A stretch of DNA of 64,000 nucleotides, taken from an uncultured Acidobacteriota bacterium. Its GTDB lineage: Bacteria > Acidobacteriota > Terriglobia > Terriglobales > Acidobacteriaceae. Where the stretch lies: the NCBI GenBank assembly GCA_963832535.1, contig CAWHUK010000011.1:36564-100563 (forward strand), in the 5' to 3' direction. Below are positions 51,990 to 61,692 of the stretch, one piece after another. Positions within the stretch are counted from its first letter, which is position 1; every line of letters starts with the position of its first letter. Under the pieces are notes generated by a model. That model saw only the letters and a list, made by a program, of their open reading frames with translations, did not search any database and had not been told where the DNA came from. The translations under genes were made by a program, and so were the position numbers.

Positions 51990-52802
51990 CTACTTGCCCT
52001 GCTCGATCCGGCATTTTTCGCTGGGATCGAACATGGCCACAAATCGGACCTGGCATGCATCGCCGTGCTCAAACTTCCAGGGTGTTGCGGCAAGAGTCAT
52101 TCGCTTGCCTTTCACGAGATCCACGTCGCCGCCCACTTGCTCGATGGTCGGGATGCCCGCACCGAGAAGAATCTTGTGGGCCACGTTCCACTCGCCATGC
52201 TCCTTCTTCCAATCCAGGCCGGTGGCCTTGGAGTACGAGTCAACGAGCCGTTTCATCTGGGGGCCGCCGCGATGCGGGGCCATGGAAGTGGCAAGCGGAT
52301 GGTCAACGTGGGGAGTGTCCACCGCGACCAGCTTGGGCTTCTTGCTGACAAGCCACTCGGCCGCGTCCTTTGACAGGCCCGGGGCCTCCCCATAATATTC
52401 GAGGCCATCAGAGTACTTGTGGTGCCAGCCGGTGACGATGACGATGATGTCACCTTCCTTGACTTTCGGCGCTGCTTTCTCAAGGTCGGCAGCCGTGATG
52501 ACTTCCCAGTTTTTCTTGGGCACGTCCAGCACTGCACCATTGCCGAAGAATCGATCGGGAGCGACGGCAGCCAAGTCTGCCCCCTTCTGAATAAGGTGGA
52601 TAGGCGCGTTCATATGCGTGCCCGTGTGCATAACCGTTATAGTGCGCCAGGCAAGTACCCCGTGTTGCGAGTGCTTCACGCCGCGCACCATTTTGATGTC
52701 GGCTTGGCCAGGATACGAAGGGGCCCGTTGGTCCCACTCATGACTGAGTTCTACGAACTGCAGAGTCGAGTAGGGATCGGTAACTATCGTCGACGTACTC
52801 AT
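51990..52802 (-). CDS. Cyclase-family protein (HxxxHxN variant)
   Basis: ELSH, HTGTHMNAP.H, VAVDT..DHP, HKILL..IE. Confidence 0.85.
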   Translation of the reverse strand: MSTSTIVTDPYSTLQFVELSHEWDQRAPSYPGQADIKMVRGVKHSQHGVLAWRTITVMHTGTHMNAPIHLIQKGADLAAVAPDRFFGNGAVLDVPKKNWEVITAADLEKAAPKVKEGDIIVIVTGWHHKYSDGLEYYGEAPGLSKDAAEWLVSKKPKLVAVDTPHVDHPLATSMAPHRGGPQMKRLVDSYSKATGLDWKKEHGEWNVAHKILLGAGIPTIEQVGGDVDLVKGKRMTLAATPWKFEHGDACQVRFVAMFDPSEKCRIEQGK

Positions 52803-53184
52803 GTGTTTCTACCTCTCGGTGTGACTGTAAGCTCTTTCGAGCCACTCTGTAAAATGCTACGTTAGTATTCACGCATGCGGTATAGGGATGTGTGCCAATC
52901 AATCCCGAGCCCGTCCTGGTCCCGCACACGCATTCGCCCCGATTGTCGGCCAGCAAAATCTCGCCAGCGACTCGTTTGGGAAGACTGAGACGCGCTCCTG
53001 TCGATTGAAGTTCTGCTTGCGGGGACGTTCACAAGCAATGGTGCCGGGGCGATCAATGGCCGGCACTATTCACGAACAGGGCACAAATCGCCGTTGTTCG
53101 CCAAGCTACTTCGATCCTTGAGCTCTGCCGACAAGCATAATACTGCGGGCACTATGTTGCATAATTCTTTGTCTGTATGTCTTG

Positions 53185-53199
53185 ATGCTTTTAAGGTAT
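53185..53199. promoter_or_regulatory. LysR box (ATGC-N7-GTAT)
   Basis: atgcttttaaggtat just upstream of the divergent LysR; one mismatch from the CatR/BenM-type ATAC-N7-GTAT. Confidence 0.55.
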
Positions 53200-53207
53200 G
53201 ATGACGC

Positions 53208-54101
53208 ATGGAACTTCGTCATCTCCGGTATTTTTTGGCTATCGCTGAAAACAAAGGGTTTGTCAAGGCTTCATCCGCCTTGCACATCGCCCAGCCGGCG
53301 CTTTCGCGCCAAATACGCGACCTCGAAGAGGAGCTGGGCGTGATTTTGTTTGAACGTTCCAAATCGGGCGTGACGCTCACCTTCCCTGGAGAATGCTTCC
53401 TCACGGACGTACAGCGGATCTTCACGATCCTGGAAGAGGCGCAGTCGCGTGCGCGAAGAGCACAGAGCGGCCATAGCGGGGCACTCTCGATCGGCGTGGT
53501 GGAGTCCTTTGCCTGGGACGAGGCAATCACGCAATCCCTACAAAACTTTCAACACCAATGTCCCGAGGTCGTCCTGAACGTGGCCTTGATGAGTTCGCCC
53601 GAGCAGTTGGCAGCCATCCGGGACGAACGTCTCTCTGCGGGATTCCTCTTTGACCGCAGCCCGGAGGACGCAACCTTCGAGGGCATCGCCGTCCTGGCCA
53701 CCCGGGCAGTGCTGGCGGTTCCTGCAAGCTCCCCTTATGCAAAGCATCCACCTGACCACCTCGCAGATCTGCACGCTGAGGATTTCGTATTCATCCAGCG
53801 GGCCCAGAACCCGTTGCACTACGATCGCATCATCCACGCATGTCACAGCGCGGGGCTCACGCCCAGGATTGTCCAGTCGGGCACAACCGACTCTTCGAAT
53901 TTGGGCCTGGTGGCAGCGGGTTTGGGCCTGACGATCGTCCCTGCCGCCACGGAATCGCGCAAGCCCAAGTCCGTGGTGCTGGTGCCGGTAGGCGACCTGA
54001 ACGTTGTGATGACGATGGAATTGGTATGGCGCCGTGACTGCAACCTCCCCGCGTTGCAGAATTTCGTGAAAATCCTACAGGGCGAAAGTCTTTCATCCTA
54101 G
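53208..54101 (+). CDS. LysR regulator
   Basis: MELRHLRYF..HIAQPALSRQIRDLE; divergent from the cyclase operon. Confidence 0.92.
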   Translation: MELRHLRYFLAIAENKGFVKASSALHIAQPALSRQIRDLEEELGVILFERSKSGVTLTFPGECFLTDVQRIFTILEEAQSRARRAQSGHSGALSIGVVESFAWDEAITQSLQNFQHQCPEVVLNVALMSSPEQLAAIRDERLSAGFLFDRSPEDATFEGIAVLATRAVLAVPASSPYAKHPPDHLADLHAEDFVFIQRAQNPLHYDRIIHACHSAGLTPRIVQSGTTDSSNLGLVAAGLGLTIVPAATESRKPKSVVLVPVGDLNVVMTMELVWRRDCNLPALQNFVKILQGESLSS

Positions 54102-54233
54102 AGTAGATAACTGCATTGAAATACTTTCGTGCTACTTTGTCTTGCAAGGTGGGCAAATTTCGGCCCATGCCTTATGCCGATTCATCATCGGCACGAGACA
54201 TGGGCCTAAGTTGATCCGTCGATCGTACTGCAG

Positions 54234-57200
54234 TTAGAAGTTGAACTTAAGCGCGAGTTGAACCACGCGAGGTGAAACACTCGTGCTTGTGATCGGGCCG
54301 AAGGTCGGGCTGAGAGCTTTGGCTGCCTGCGCTAGGGTAGCTCCAGGGGGCGGCGCTCCAGCTCCGACAGTGGCGGGGTTCGACAGTTGCGTGTGATTGA
54401 ACGTGTTGAAGGACTCCAGGCGAAACTCCACATTGGCCGCTTCCCTTATCCGGGTCTCCTTAACCAGCGCCATGTCGAAGTTCGCCTGTCCGGGGCCAAA
54501 GACCGGTGAAACCGGAGCATTGCCATATCCCGTTGCTCCGGAAGGATCAACCACCGGGAAGGGCTGGATGCAGCTCAGGTTGAAATACGAACTGATCTTC
54601 GCGGCCTTGCTGCCTTTAGTCTCAAGCTGCGATGCGGGACAACTTACTTCGGCGTAGTCGGGGCTTGTTGACGATGTGAAACCCGAATAGACGTCCGCGT
54701 TCGTCACCTGCAGGTTGAGAGGAAGTCCGGTCTGGAAGGTGCTCACGCCTGTCAATTCCCAGCCATTAATGAAATCGGATGCGAGCATCTTCGACTTCAA
54801 TGTCGGAAATTTGTATGCGTAATTGATAATCACGCGCTGGCGGCGATCGTAAGCAACGTCGCCGTAGCTACGGAAATACTGATAGGGATTGCCGTATACT
54901 TCCGATCCTATAGAAGGCGCATCCGTATCGAGCGTCTTCCCCCATGTGTAGGCAGCCTGGTATTGCAGGTTATGGGTCTCTCGCTGCGCAAGGGTGACAT
55001 CCAGGCCGTTGTACCAGCTGGCGCCACTGCTTGCGAAGACTTGGAATCCATTAGGAGCGAATCCCTCCACAGGAACTCGCTGCTGGATGTTTGCCAGGGT
55101 GTTGGTGGTGGCCCCGTTGATCGGAGCCTCTGGCGTGGCAAAGCCTGCCGCGTTTGGCTCCTGGGTCTGAAACAAATGTTCTGCGCGGGCGCCGACGTAT
55201 CCTATCTCAAGAAGTATGTTTGGGGAAAGGCTCAGTTGTTGATTCAGGCTATAGACTTGGGTCATCGTCGGCCGGAAATCAACACTCATTATCTGAAGGC
55301 CCAACAGCGATGAGGATGTATAGGGAACCCAGAGAGGAAAAGCCGAAAGGGGCGGCAATGTCGGGAACGGGTTGGCAAGGCTCTGGGAGGCATTCGCGGG
55401 CCCTCCGAGGATCGTCGTGTCAGACCAGGGTTCGGTGTTCCCTGTGTCGAAGAGTTGGGCTGCAGTCGGCAGACTGGCGTAAATGCCGTATCCGGCCCGC
55501 AGGACCATCTTGGAGTTTTCCTCGAACGCGAAGCCGATACGGGGATCGAATGCGTTTCGAGCTTTGTCCTTATCCGAGAATTGTCCATCTTTGACAACTC
55601 CCGCAGGCAGGCTGCCGCCGGGATAATTGCTGTCGACATAAAAGCCGTTAAAGCAGCTCGTGGGGCACGCCGGATTCGCAAGCGCCGGGTCAAAGCCTCC
55701 GTTGAGGCCCAATGCGTCTGCCATGTCGCCGAGATGTTCATAGCGAATTCCCAGATTCAAGGTCAGATTGCGCGTGACCTTCCAATCATCCTGACCGAAA
55801 GCATAGACATTCCATGCACGGTATTGGCGATTGCCACGGCTTGAGAAGGCTAGCTCAACGAGTTCATTGCTCAACGGTATACCGGTAGTGGCGCCTGGAA
55901 CCACGGGATTGCACGTGGCAGGAAAGGTGCCGGGGGCGCAGCCAGGCAGGCCCAGCAGGAAGTCCGGATAGGTGGGGAAAACAGCTTGATTCGCCAAGAT
56001 CGGACCTCCCGGGTCGAGATCCAGGCGTGTAAGACCCCCTCCGAAGCGCAGGGCGTGATTGCCGCGCGTATAAGACAGCGTATCGACAAAGTTCAGGTCG
56101 AACTGCTCAAAAGCCTGCTGAATGGCGGACCAGATAGTTGTGGAGGCAACCACCAGGCCAAAGCCGTTAGAGCCTTGCTGCGGTGTAGGAATGTCGAGGG
56201 AATTCCAGCTTGTCGGGTTTGGGGTATCGGTGGCGTGTGAAATTGTGTCGTTGACTCCGAAGATCGCTTCGTTGATGAGCTTTGAGCTGAACGAATAAGT
56301 GTTTGAGAACGATCCGTTGCGAAACTTCTGCGGCGCATCGGCGCCGAAGCCAGGCACAGTCGAAGCGCTGAAGGTAACCTTTTGAAGGCTATTCATCCAG
56401 AAGAACCTGGCGGCGAACACACTCTTTGGAGACTGGACGTAATCCATGTTTGCCATGAATTGCTGCTCTGAATACGTACACGGGGTGCTGTACGCTGAGA
56501 ATCCCTCAGGCTGGCCGTTGACCATGATGGTTGTCTGCGGCGTCGGAATCAGATAGGTGCCGTCAGGATTCTTAATATTCAGCATTTCCAGCGCGATGGG
56601 ATTAATGTTCGATCCATCGGGCGCCACCGGAATTGGGGCGAACTCGCCCGCCTGTCCCCCGAACAGCGCTCCAAGCGTAGTGTCCGTGCGAGTATTTGTC
56701 AGCAATGGAGAGATATTCGTGGCTGAGCAGCCGGTCGTAATGCCGTTCACCTGTTTCGTTCCCTGGTAAGACCCGAAGAAGTAAAGCTTGTTGGGAAGTA
56801 TGTGACCGCCGATCGTCCCGCCGTACTGGTTCTGACGCAGCAGCCCTCGACCCACCCCGGCCAGATTACGAAAGTAGTCGTTGGCGTTCATATCTTCATT
56901 GCGGAAGAACTCCCAGAGAGAGCCGTGAAATGCATTGGTGCCTCCCTTGGTGACGATGTTGATCTGCGCTCCTGCGTTGCGGCCGTACTCGGCGTCGTAT
57001 TGCGTCGTCTGTACCTTGTACTCCGCTAACGTATCCGGGTTGGGAATCGGCAGGCCGGCGGCCAGGTTGATGCCCTGGAAATTACCCCCGCCGTATTGGT
57101 CATTGACCTGAATACCATTGATCTCGAAGTCGTTATCTTCCTGCCGTGCTCCATGGGCTTCTGTGCCCCCTACTACCAATCCCAATTGCGCGCTGAAAGC

Positions 57201-57755
57201 GCTCTGCGCACTCTCTGCGCCTCGACCGAGATCTGCAGCATTAGTGACATTCGTAACCACACCCGCAGAGAGCCCCAGAATTTGGGCAAAATCTCGAGTC
57301 ACTAGCGGCAATTGCGTGACTTGTTGCCCAGTCACCACCTGCCCCATGGCTGTGGTTTCGGTTTGCAGGAGCTCAGGCTGAGTCGTAACCGTAACGGACT
57401 CGCTCGCGGCGCCGATTGTCAGCTGAATCGGCAGGGACTCGCTCTCGGTCACGTTTACAGCAATGCCGTCCAGCACTGCGGTCTTGAAACCAGTATGCGA
57501 AACCTCGATGCGATAGCTTCCCGGGGGAAGCAGCGGGAACTCATAGAGACCGGAATCCGTGGTCTTCACGTCGCGAACAAGGCCTGTTGCTTGATTGGTG
57601 AGCTTCACGTCTGCTTTCGGGATAATCGCGCCGCTTGGATCGCTCACAACACCCGAGAGTTTGCCGGTATTGGCATTTTGAGCAGTCGCAAATGACGCGA
57701 AGATCATGATTGCGCTCGCTACGATTGAAATGCTTTGCCTCGATAGCCTTCTCAT
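54234..57755 (-). CDS. TonB-dependent receptor (Oar-like, carboxypeptidase-regulatory N domain)
   Basis: Signal peptide, G.V.DPSGA, AEYGRNAG..KGGTN.FHG, QDDWKV..LTLNLG.RYE, ends QLALKFNF. Confidence 0.9.
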   Translation of the reverse strand: MRRLSRQSISIVASAIMIFASFATAQNANTGKLSGVVSDPSGAIIPKADVKLTNQATGLVRDVKTTDSGLYEFPLLPPGSYRIEVSHTGFKTAVLDGIAVNVTESESLPIQLTIGAASESVTVTTQPELLQTETTAMGQVVTGQQVTQLPLVTRDFAQILGLSAGVVTNVTNAADLGRGAESAQSAFSAQLGLVVGGTEAHGARQEDNDFEINGIQVNDQYGGGNFQGINLAAGLPIPNPDTLAEYKVQTTQYDAEYGRNAGAQINIVTKGGTNAFHGSLWEFFRNEDMNANDYFRNLAGVGRGLLRQNQYGGTIGGHILPNKLYFFGSYQGTKQVNGITTGCSATNISPLLTNTRTDTTLGALFGGQAGEFAPIPVAPDGSNINPIALEMLNIKNPDGTYLIPTPQTTIMVNGQPEGFSAYSTPCTYSEQQFMANMDYVQSPKSVFAARFFWMNSLQKVTFSASTVPGFGADAPQKFRNGSFSNTYSFSSKLINEAIFGVNDTISHATDTPNPTSWNSLDIPTPQQGSNGFGLVVASTTIWSAIQQAFEQFDLNFVDTLSYTRGNHALRFGGGLTRLDLDPGGPILANQAVFPTYPDFLLGLPGCAPGTFPATCNPVVPGATTGIPLSNELVELAFSSRGNRQYRAWNVYAFGQDDWKVTRNLTLNLGIRYEHLGDMADALGLNGGFDPALANPACPTSCFNGFYVDSNYPGGSLPAGVVKDGQFSDKDKARNAFDPRIGFAFEENSKMVLRAGYGIYASLPTAAQLFDTGNTEPWSDTTILGGPANASQSLANPFPTLPPLSAFPLWVPYTSSSLLGLQIMSVDFRPTMTQVYSLNQQLSLSPNILLEIGYVGARAEHLFQTQEPNAAGFATPEAPINGATTNTLANIQQRVPVEGFAPNGFQVFASSGASWYNGLDVTLAQRETHNLQYQAAYTWGKTLDTDAPSIGSEVYGNPYQYFRSYGDVAYDRRQRVIINYAYKFPTLKSKMLASDFINGWELTGVSTFQTGLPLNLQVTNADVYSGFTSSTSPDYAEVSCPASQLETKGSKAAKISSYFNLSCIQPFPVVDPSGATGYGNAPVSPVFGPGQANFDMALVKETRIREAANVEFRLESFNTFNHTQLSNPATVGAGAPPPGATLAQAAKALSPTFGPITSTSVSPRVVQLALKFNF

Positions 57756-57957
57756 TGGTAGCCTCCTCCAGTTTTGTCATCCGAGCGAATCTGCACACCA
57801 GTTCCGATTGAGTTCCAGGCCAGCAAAATCCACCTGTACGGGACACACGAACCATGCTCTGGTATGAGAAAGGCGGCTTCTCTGTCTCTGCCGCAACGAG
57901 AGATAACAATAGGCATTGAATCGAAGGGCTGTCAAGAGTAAAAATGAATTCCTTGCA

Positions 57958-57972
57958 ATACTTTTCCGGTAT
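57958..57972. promoter_or_regulatory. Perfect LysR box ATAC-N7-GTAT
   Basis: atacttttccggtat between the divergent TonB receptor and LysR genes. Confidence 0.65.
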
Positions 57973-58109
57973 CGGCATCGCAAGGCACACATTGGCGCCG
58001 TAGAGGCACAGGTTGACGCCGTATCTGACAGCAAGCACCTTACGGGGAGCAACACCGATCTAGGATGCATTCGCCCAGGCGGAATCGAGCTGATGCTACA
58101 ATCCGTGCT

Positions 58110-59012
58110 GTGGAGCTCCGACAACTGAGTTACTTTGTCGCCGTCGCCGAGGCGCTGAATTTCACGCGGGCGGCTCGCATGTTGCACATGGCTCAACCAC
58201 CATTGAGCCGGCAGATTCAGGCTCTCGAAAAGGAATTGGGCGTTCAACTGCTTGAGCGGAATTCGAGCGGTGTGAGCCTCACGCGCAGTGGGGCAATTTT
58301 CCTCGAGGAAGCCAGGGCGGTACTTAAACGGGTAGAACGGGCCATCGGAACTGCCAGGGCGGCCAATACAGGTCAGCGCGGCATCGTGAGGATTGGCATC
58401 GGATTGGGCCTTGGTGAAATCGTTAGCCGCGTGATCGATGCGCATTTGCCCGTCTATCCGAACGTGGAACTAGACGTCGTAAATATTCTCTCCGGGTATC
58501 AGTCGGCTGCGCTCACATTGCAAGAGATTGACGTTGGGTTTCTCCGCCCGCCGGTCGACAATTCCAAAATTCAATCGGAAAAGATCCTCAAGGAAGGGAT
58601 GGCAGTTGTAGTGCGCAAATCGAGTCCGTTGGCCCGCCGCAAAGGGATCGGATTGAAACAGATTGCCGATGAGCCGCTGCTGATGTTTGCCCGCCCGATC
58701 TCGCCTGGCGTCTATGACAAAGTTCTTGATTTATTCCGCGAGAGAGGATTGGAACCGCATATGATTCAGACGGAGTCAACCCCGCTCGACGAGGCGGGCG
58801 CAATCATGGTGGAATCAGGCAAGGGAATATTCCTTGCGATTGGCGCGGGCATGCGTCACCCATACTTTGCCGATCGCCTGATTGTTGTGCCCATTGCCGA
58901 TCCGGGGGCGTACGTGGAGGCGCATATTGCGTGGCGCCAGAACGAATCTGTAGAAGCTGTATTGAATTTTGTTGAATTCACGCGCCGATTCTTTAAAAAA
59001 AGGCGCTCCTGA
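58110..59012 (+). CDS. LysR regulator
   Basis: ELRQLSYFVAVAEALNFTRAA..MAQPPLSRQI; GTG start inferred. Confidence 0.9.
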   Translation: MELRQLSYFVAVAEALNFTRAARMLHMAQPPLSRQIQALEKELGVQLLERNSSGVSLTRSGAIFLEEARAVLKRVERAIGTARAANTGQRGIVRIGIGLGLGEIVSRVIDAHLPVYPNVELDVVNILSGYQSAALTLQEIDVGFLRPPVDNSKIQSEKILKEGMAVVVRKSSPLARRKGIGLKQIADEPLLMFARPISPGVYDKVLDLFRERGLEPHMIQTESTPLDEAGAIMVESGKGIFLAIGAGMRHPYFADRLIVVPIADPGAYVEAHIAWRQNESVEAVLNFVEFTRRFFKKRRS

Positions 59013-59045
59013 TTCCGCGGATCGTCTCAGCGAAGCGCAGGCAGG

Positions 59046-61448
59046 CTAATCCGCGTGCGCGATCTCAGTGCGCTGAATGATCTCGTCCTGCACAGCCTTT
59101 GTAAGCTGGACGAAGTAGGCGCTGTATCCCGCGACCCGAATGATGAGATCGCGGTGGCTTTCAGGGTGTTCCTGAGCCTCAATCAATGTTTGTCTATCGA
59201 CGACATTGAATTGAACGTGCTTGCCGCCCCTTGAGAAATAGACCCGGATTAATTGAGACAGCTTCATCAGATCCGCGCTGCTCGCCAGAGCCGAGGGGTG
59301 AAATTTCATGTTGAGCAAGGTAGCCTGATAGGAGCTCTGGTCGATGGCCAGCGCGCTGCGGAGCACAGCGGTGGGCCCGTGTGTGTCTCTGGATTGCGCA
59401 GGCGACATGGTCCCGTCAGCCAAGGTCTCTCCGGCGCAGCGCCCATCCGGAGTAGCGCCGGTCAGGGCGCCGCCCGGAGCATGGGCGGTGATTGAAATGC
59501 CCGTCGGCTTAATGTTCCCGCCCCAGATACTCTCAAACGTGACGGCCGTTTCCGCCCAAAAACGATAGAGTTCCGCCGCAATGGAATCCACATAGGGATC
59601 TCCATTGCCATATTTTGGAGCCGCCTGGCACATTTTTTTGAAAGCGGAAGACTTTTCCCCGCTCCAGTTCGAATCGAGGGCGTATTTCAACTCCCCTGCT
59701 CTGATCTTCTTCTCCTCGAAGACCAGTTTTTTTATTGCAGCCAGAGAATCGGCGGCATTAATCATGCCAACTGGATTCAGCGCCGAGCCGTTTTCAAAAG
59801 GCAATGTGCGGTCCAGAGCATCGCGGCCAACATGGATTGCATCTTCCATGAGTACTGAATGGAAGACATCCGGGAAGAGCTCGGACTGCGCCCTGAGAAG
59901 GATGTTGTGTTCCTCGGCTGTGAGCCCCATGAAATAGGCAAGCTGTTGCTTGAAGGCGCTCATGAAGGCTTCAAAGCTCTCAAAACTCTCGAATGCGCCG
60001 GTCCGGGGCCCGAGTTGATTTCCGCTGCGCGGGTGGATCCCGTCATTCATCGCGATCTCGAGAACCAGCGGAACGATGAACATGCCGAAGGCGTTGATGC
60101 GCGATTTTCCCGGCAAATTGACATCGATGCAGCCAGCCACGGCGTAGTCGCGCGCCTCTTCAAGCGGCACGCCCTGTTTTACGAGGTAATCGATATAGCA
60201 CCGGTCTCCGATAAAGGCCGGCATTCCGATGCCTGTCTGAACCAGTTCCAGGCTTTTCAGCATGAGAGCGTCGGGAGTGCGGTCGTGGACGCGAACGGTG
60301 ATGGTGTGATGAGGAGTCTGGCAGTCCCGCGCAGCCTCGAGAATCAGGTAAGAGAGTTCATTCGTGGCATCCCGGCCATCGGGAGTGACGCCCCCGATCA
60401 CCCAATTGTTCCACCTGGCCATACCGGCCCACTTTTCCCGCTGGGCTTTGCCTCCGCCCACAAAGTTCAACTGCATGACCTTAATGCGCAACAATTCCAG
60501 CAGTTCCAGCGCATCCTCGTCGGTCAAACGGCCCTGAGCCCTGTCCGCCTGGAAGAACGGATACATGAACTGATCGAAGCGTCCTCCCGGTGTTGTTCCC
60601 CCGGCAACCGTGAGCCAGATAAACCAGAAAGATTGCATAGCTTCAAAGAAAGTGCGCGGGCGATTCGCGGGCACATGGCGACAGGCCGCTGCGATCTGCT
60701 CCAACTCGAACTTGCGCGCCGGATTCTTCTCCACAGCGGCTTGCCTGCAGGCCAGATCGGCATATCGGTTGGCAAGGCGGATGAGTGCCGGAATTGCAAC
60801 GATCACGGCCCTCAGAAAATCGGCCTTCTTGATCGCATCCAGGCTCGTATACCGCAGGGTCTTCAACTCCTGTTCGGCATCGCTGACTAACTTGGAAACC
60901 CCTTCATTGAGCGCCTTGGCGTAATCGGGGAGAATGAGGGACAAGCCCAGGCCCAGCCCCCATCCGACGCCCGCAGCGCCGGTTCCCCGTCCTTCAACCC
61001 TGTTCTGCCACGGCGGACACAGAATCCCCGATTGAATGAACGGCCAGAGCCTCTCATCGTCGTAAAACTGTCCTTGCCTCTCGTCGAGGGTTCGGCCCTT
61101 GCCTTTCCAGTAGCCATCCAACGATCTGAGGACACGCGCATCTTCACTGGTGATCGAAAGGGAGCCTTTGTTGAGTTCGTCGAGTTCCTCCTGCGGCCAT
61201 GATGGCCCCGACGAACCGGCTTCAAGGCCCATGGGGAGACTGGCGACGTTGCCTACAATTCGCTCATCCTCTTCGATGAAGATGGTTTTGCGATCGAGAT
61301 AGTGCGCGGTGGCCTTGGCCCTGCGGACGATCTGCGGCTCTCCCTCGGTGCGCTCATAAGACTCCACGATCAAGCGCGCCTTTTCCGTGCAGATCGGATA
61401 TTTGTCCACGCTAAGACGATTGCGAAGCCGTTGCACTCTCGGGTTCAT
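59046..61448 (-). CDS. Glycyl radical enzyme of unknown specificity
   Basis: GRFDQFMYP, Cys loop VAGCIDV, PKYGN, ATPDGR, HVQFNV, IRVAGYSAYF. Confidence 0.92.
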   Translation of the reverse strand: MNPRVQRLRNRLSVDKYPICTEKARLIVESYERTEGEPQIVRRAKATAHYLDRKTIFIEEDERIVGNVASLPMGLEAGSSGPSWPQEELDELNKGSLSITSEDARVLRSLDGYWKGKGRTLDERQGQFYDDERLWPFIQSGILCPPWQNRVEGRGTGAAGVGWGLGLGLSLILPDYAKALNEGVSKLVSDAEQELKTLRYTSLDAIKKADFLRAVIVAIPALIRLANRYADLACRQAAVEKNPARKFELEQIAAACRHVPANRPRTFFEAMQSFWFIWLTVAGGTTPGGRFDQFMYPFFQADRAQGRLTDEDALELLELLRIKVMQLNFVGGGKAQREKWAGMARWNNWVIGGVTPDGRDATNELSYLILEAARDCQTPHHTITVRVHDRTPDALMLKSLELVQTGIGMPAFIGDRCYIDYLVKQGVPLEEARDYAVAGCIDVNLPGKSRINAFGMFIVPLVLEIAMNDGIHPRSGNQLGPRTGAFESFESFEAFMSAFKQQLAYFMGLTAEEHNILLRAQSELFPDVFHSVLMEDAIHVGRDALDRTLPFENGSALNPVGMINAADSLAAIKKLVFEEKKIRAGELKYALDSNWSGEKSSAFKKMCQAAPKYGNGDPYVDSIAAELYRFWAETAVTFESIWGGNIKPTGISITAHAPGGALTGATPDGRCAGETLADGTMSPAQSRDTHGPTAVLRSALAIDQSSYQATLLNMKFHPSALASSADLMKLSQLIRVYFSRGGKHVQFNVVDRQTLIEAQEHPESHRDLIIRVAGYSAYFVQLTKAVQDEIIQRTEIAHAD

Positions 61449-61692
61449 CGGGTTGCCTTCTTATCGTTTTTAATATACAGCAAGATGAAAGAAGCTGTTG
61501 GCACAGCCGCCATGAAGTACGAGGGGGGCGGTAAATTCACAGTGCATTCCCTTCATCGACGGTTCAATAAACGCCGGGGCCAATCAAGTTCCGGCTGATG
61601 GTTGTTGCGCCGACTCAGGTTTATCAACTACTTTTATGTTCTTACCGCACTTGATTTGCAGCGCACCGGCGCGACCGCAAAAAGGAGGATTA

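Noticed and set aside
61449-61692. FNR-type site upstream of the glycyl radical gene
   Set aside because: Only half-sites (ttgat, atcaa) without the 4-nt spacing
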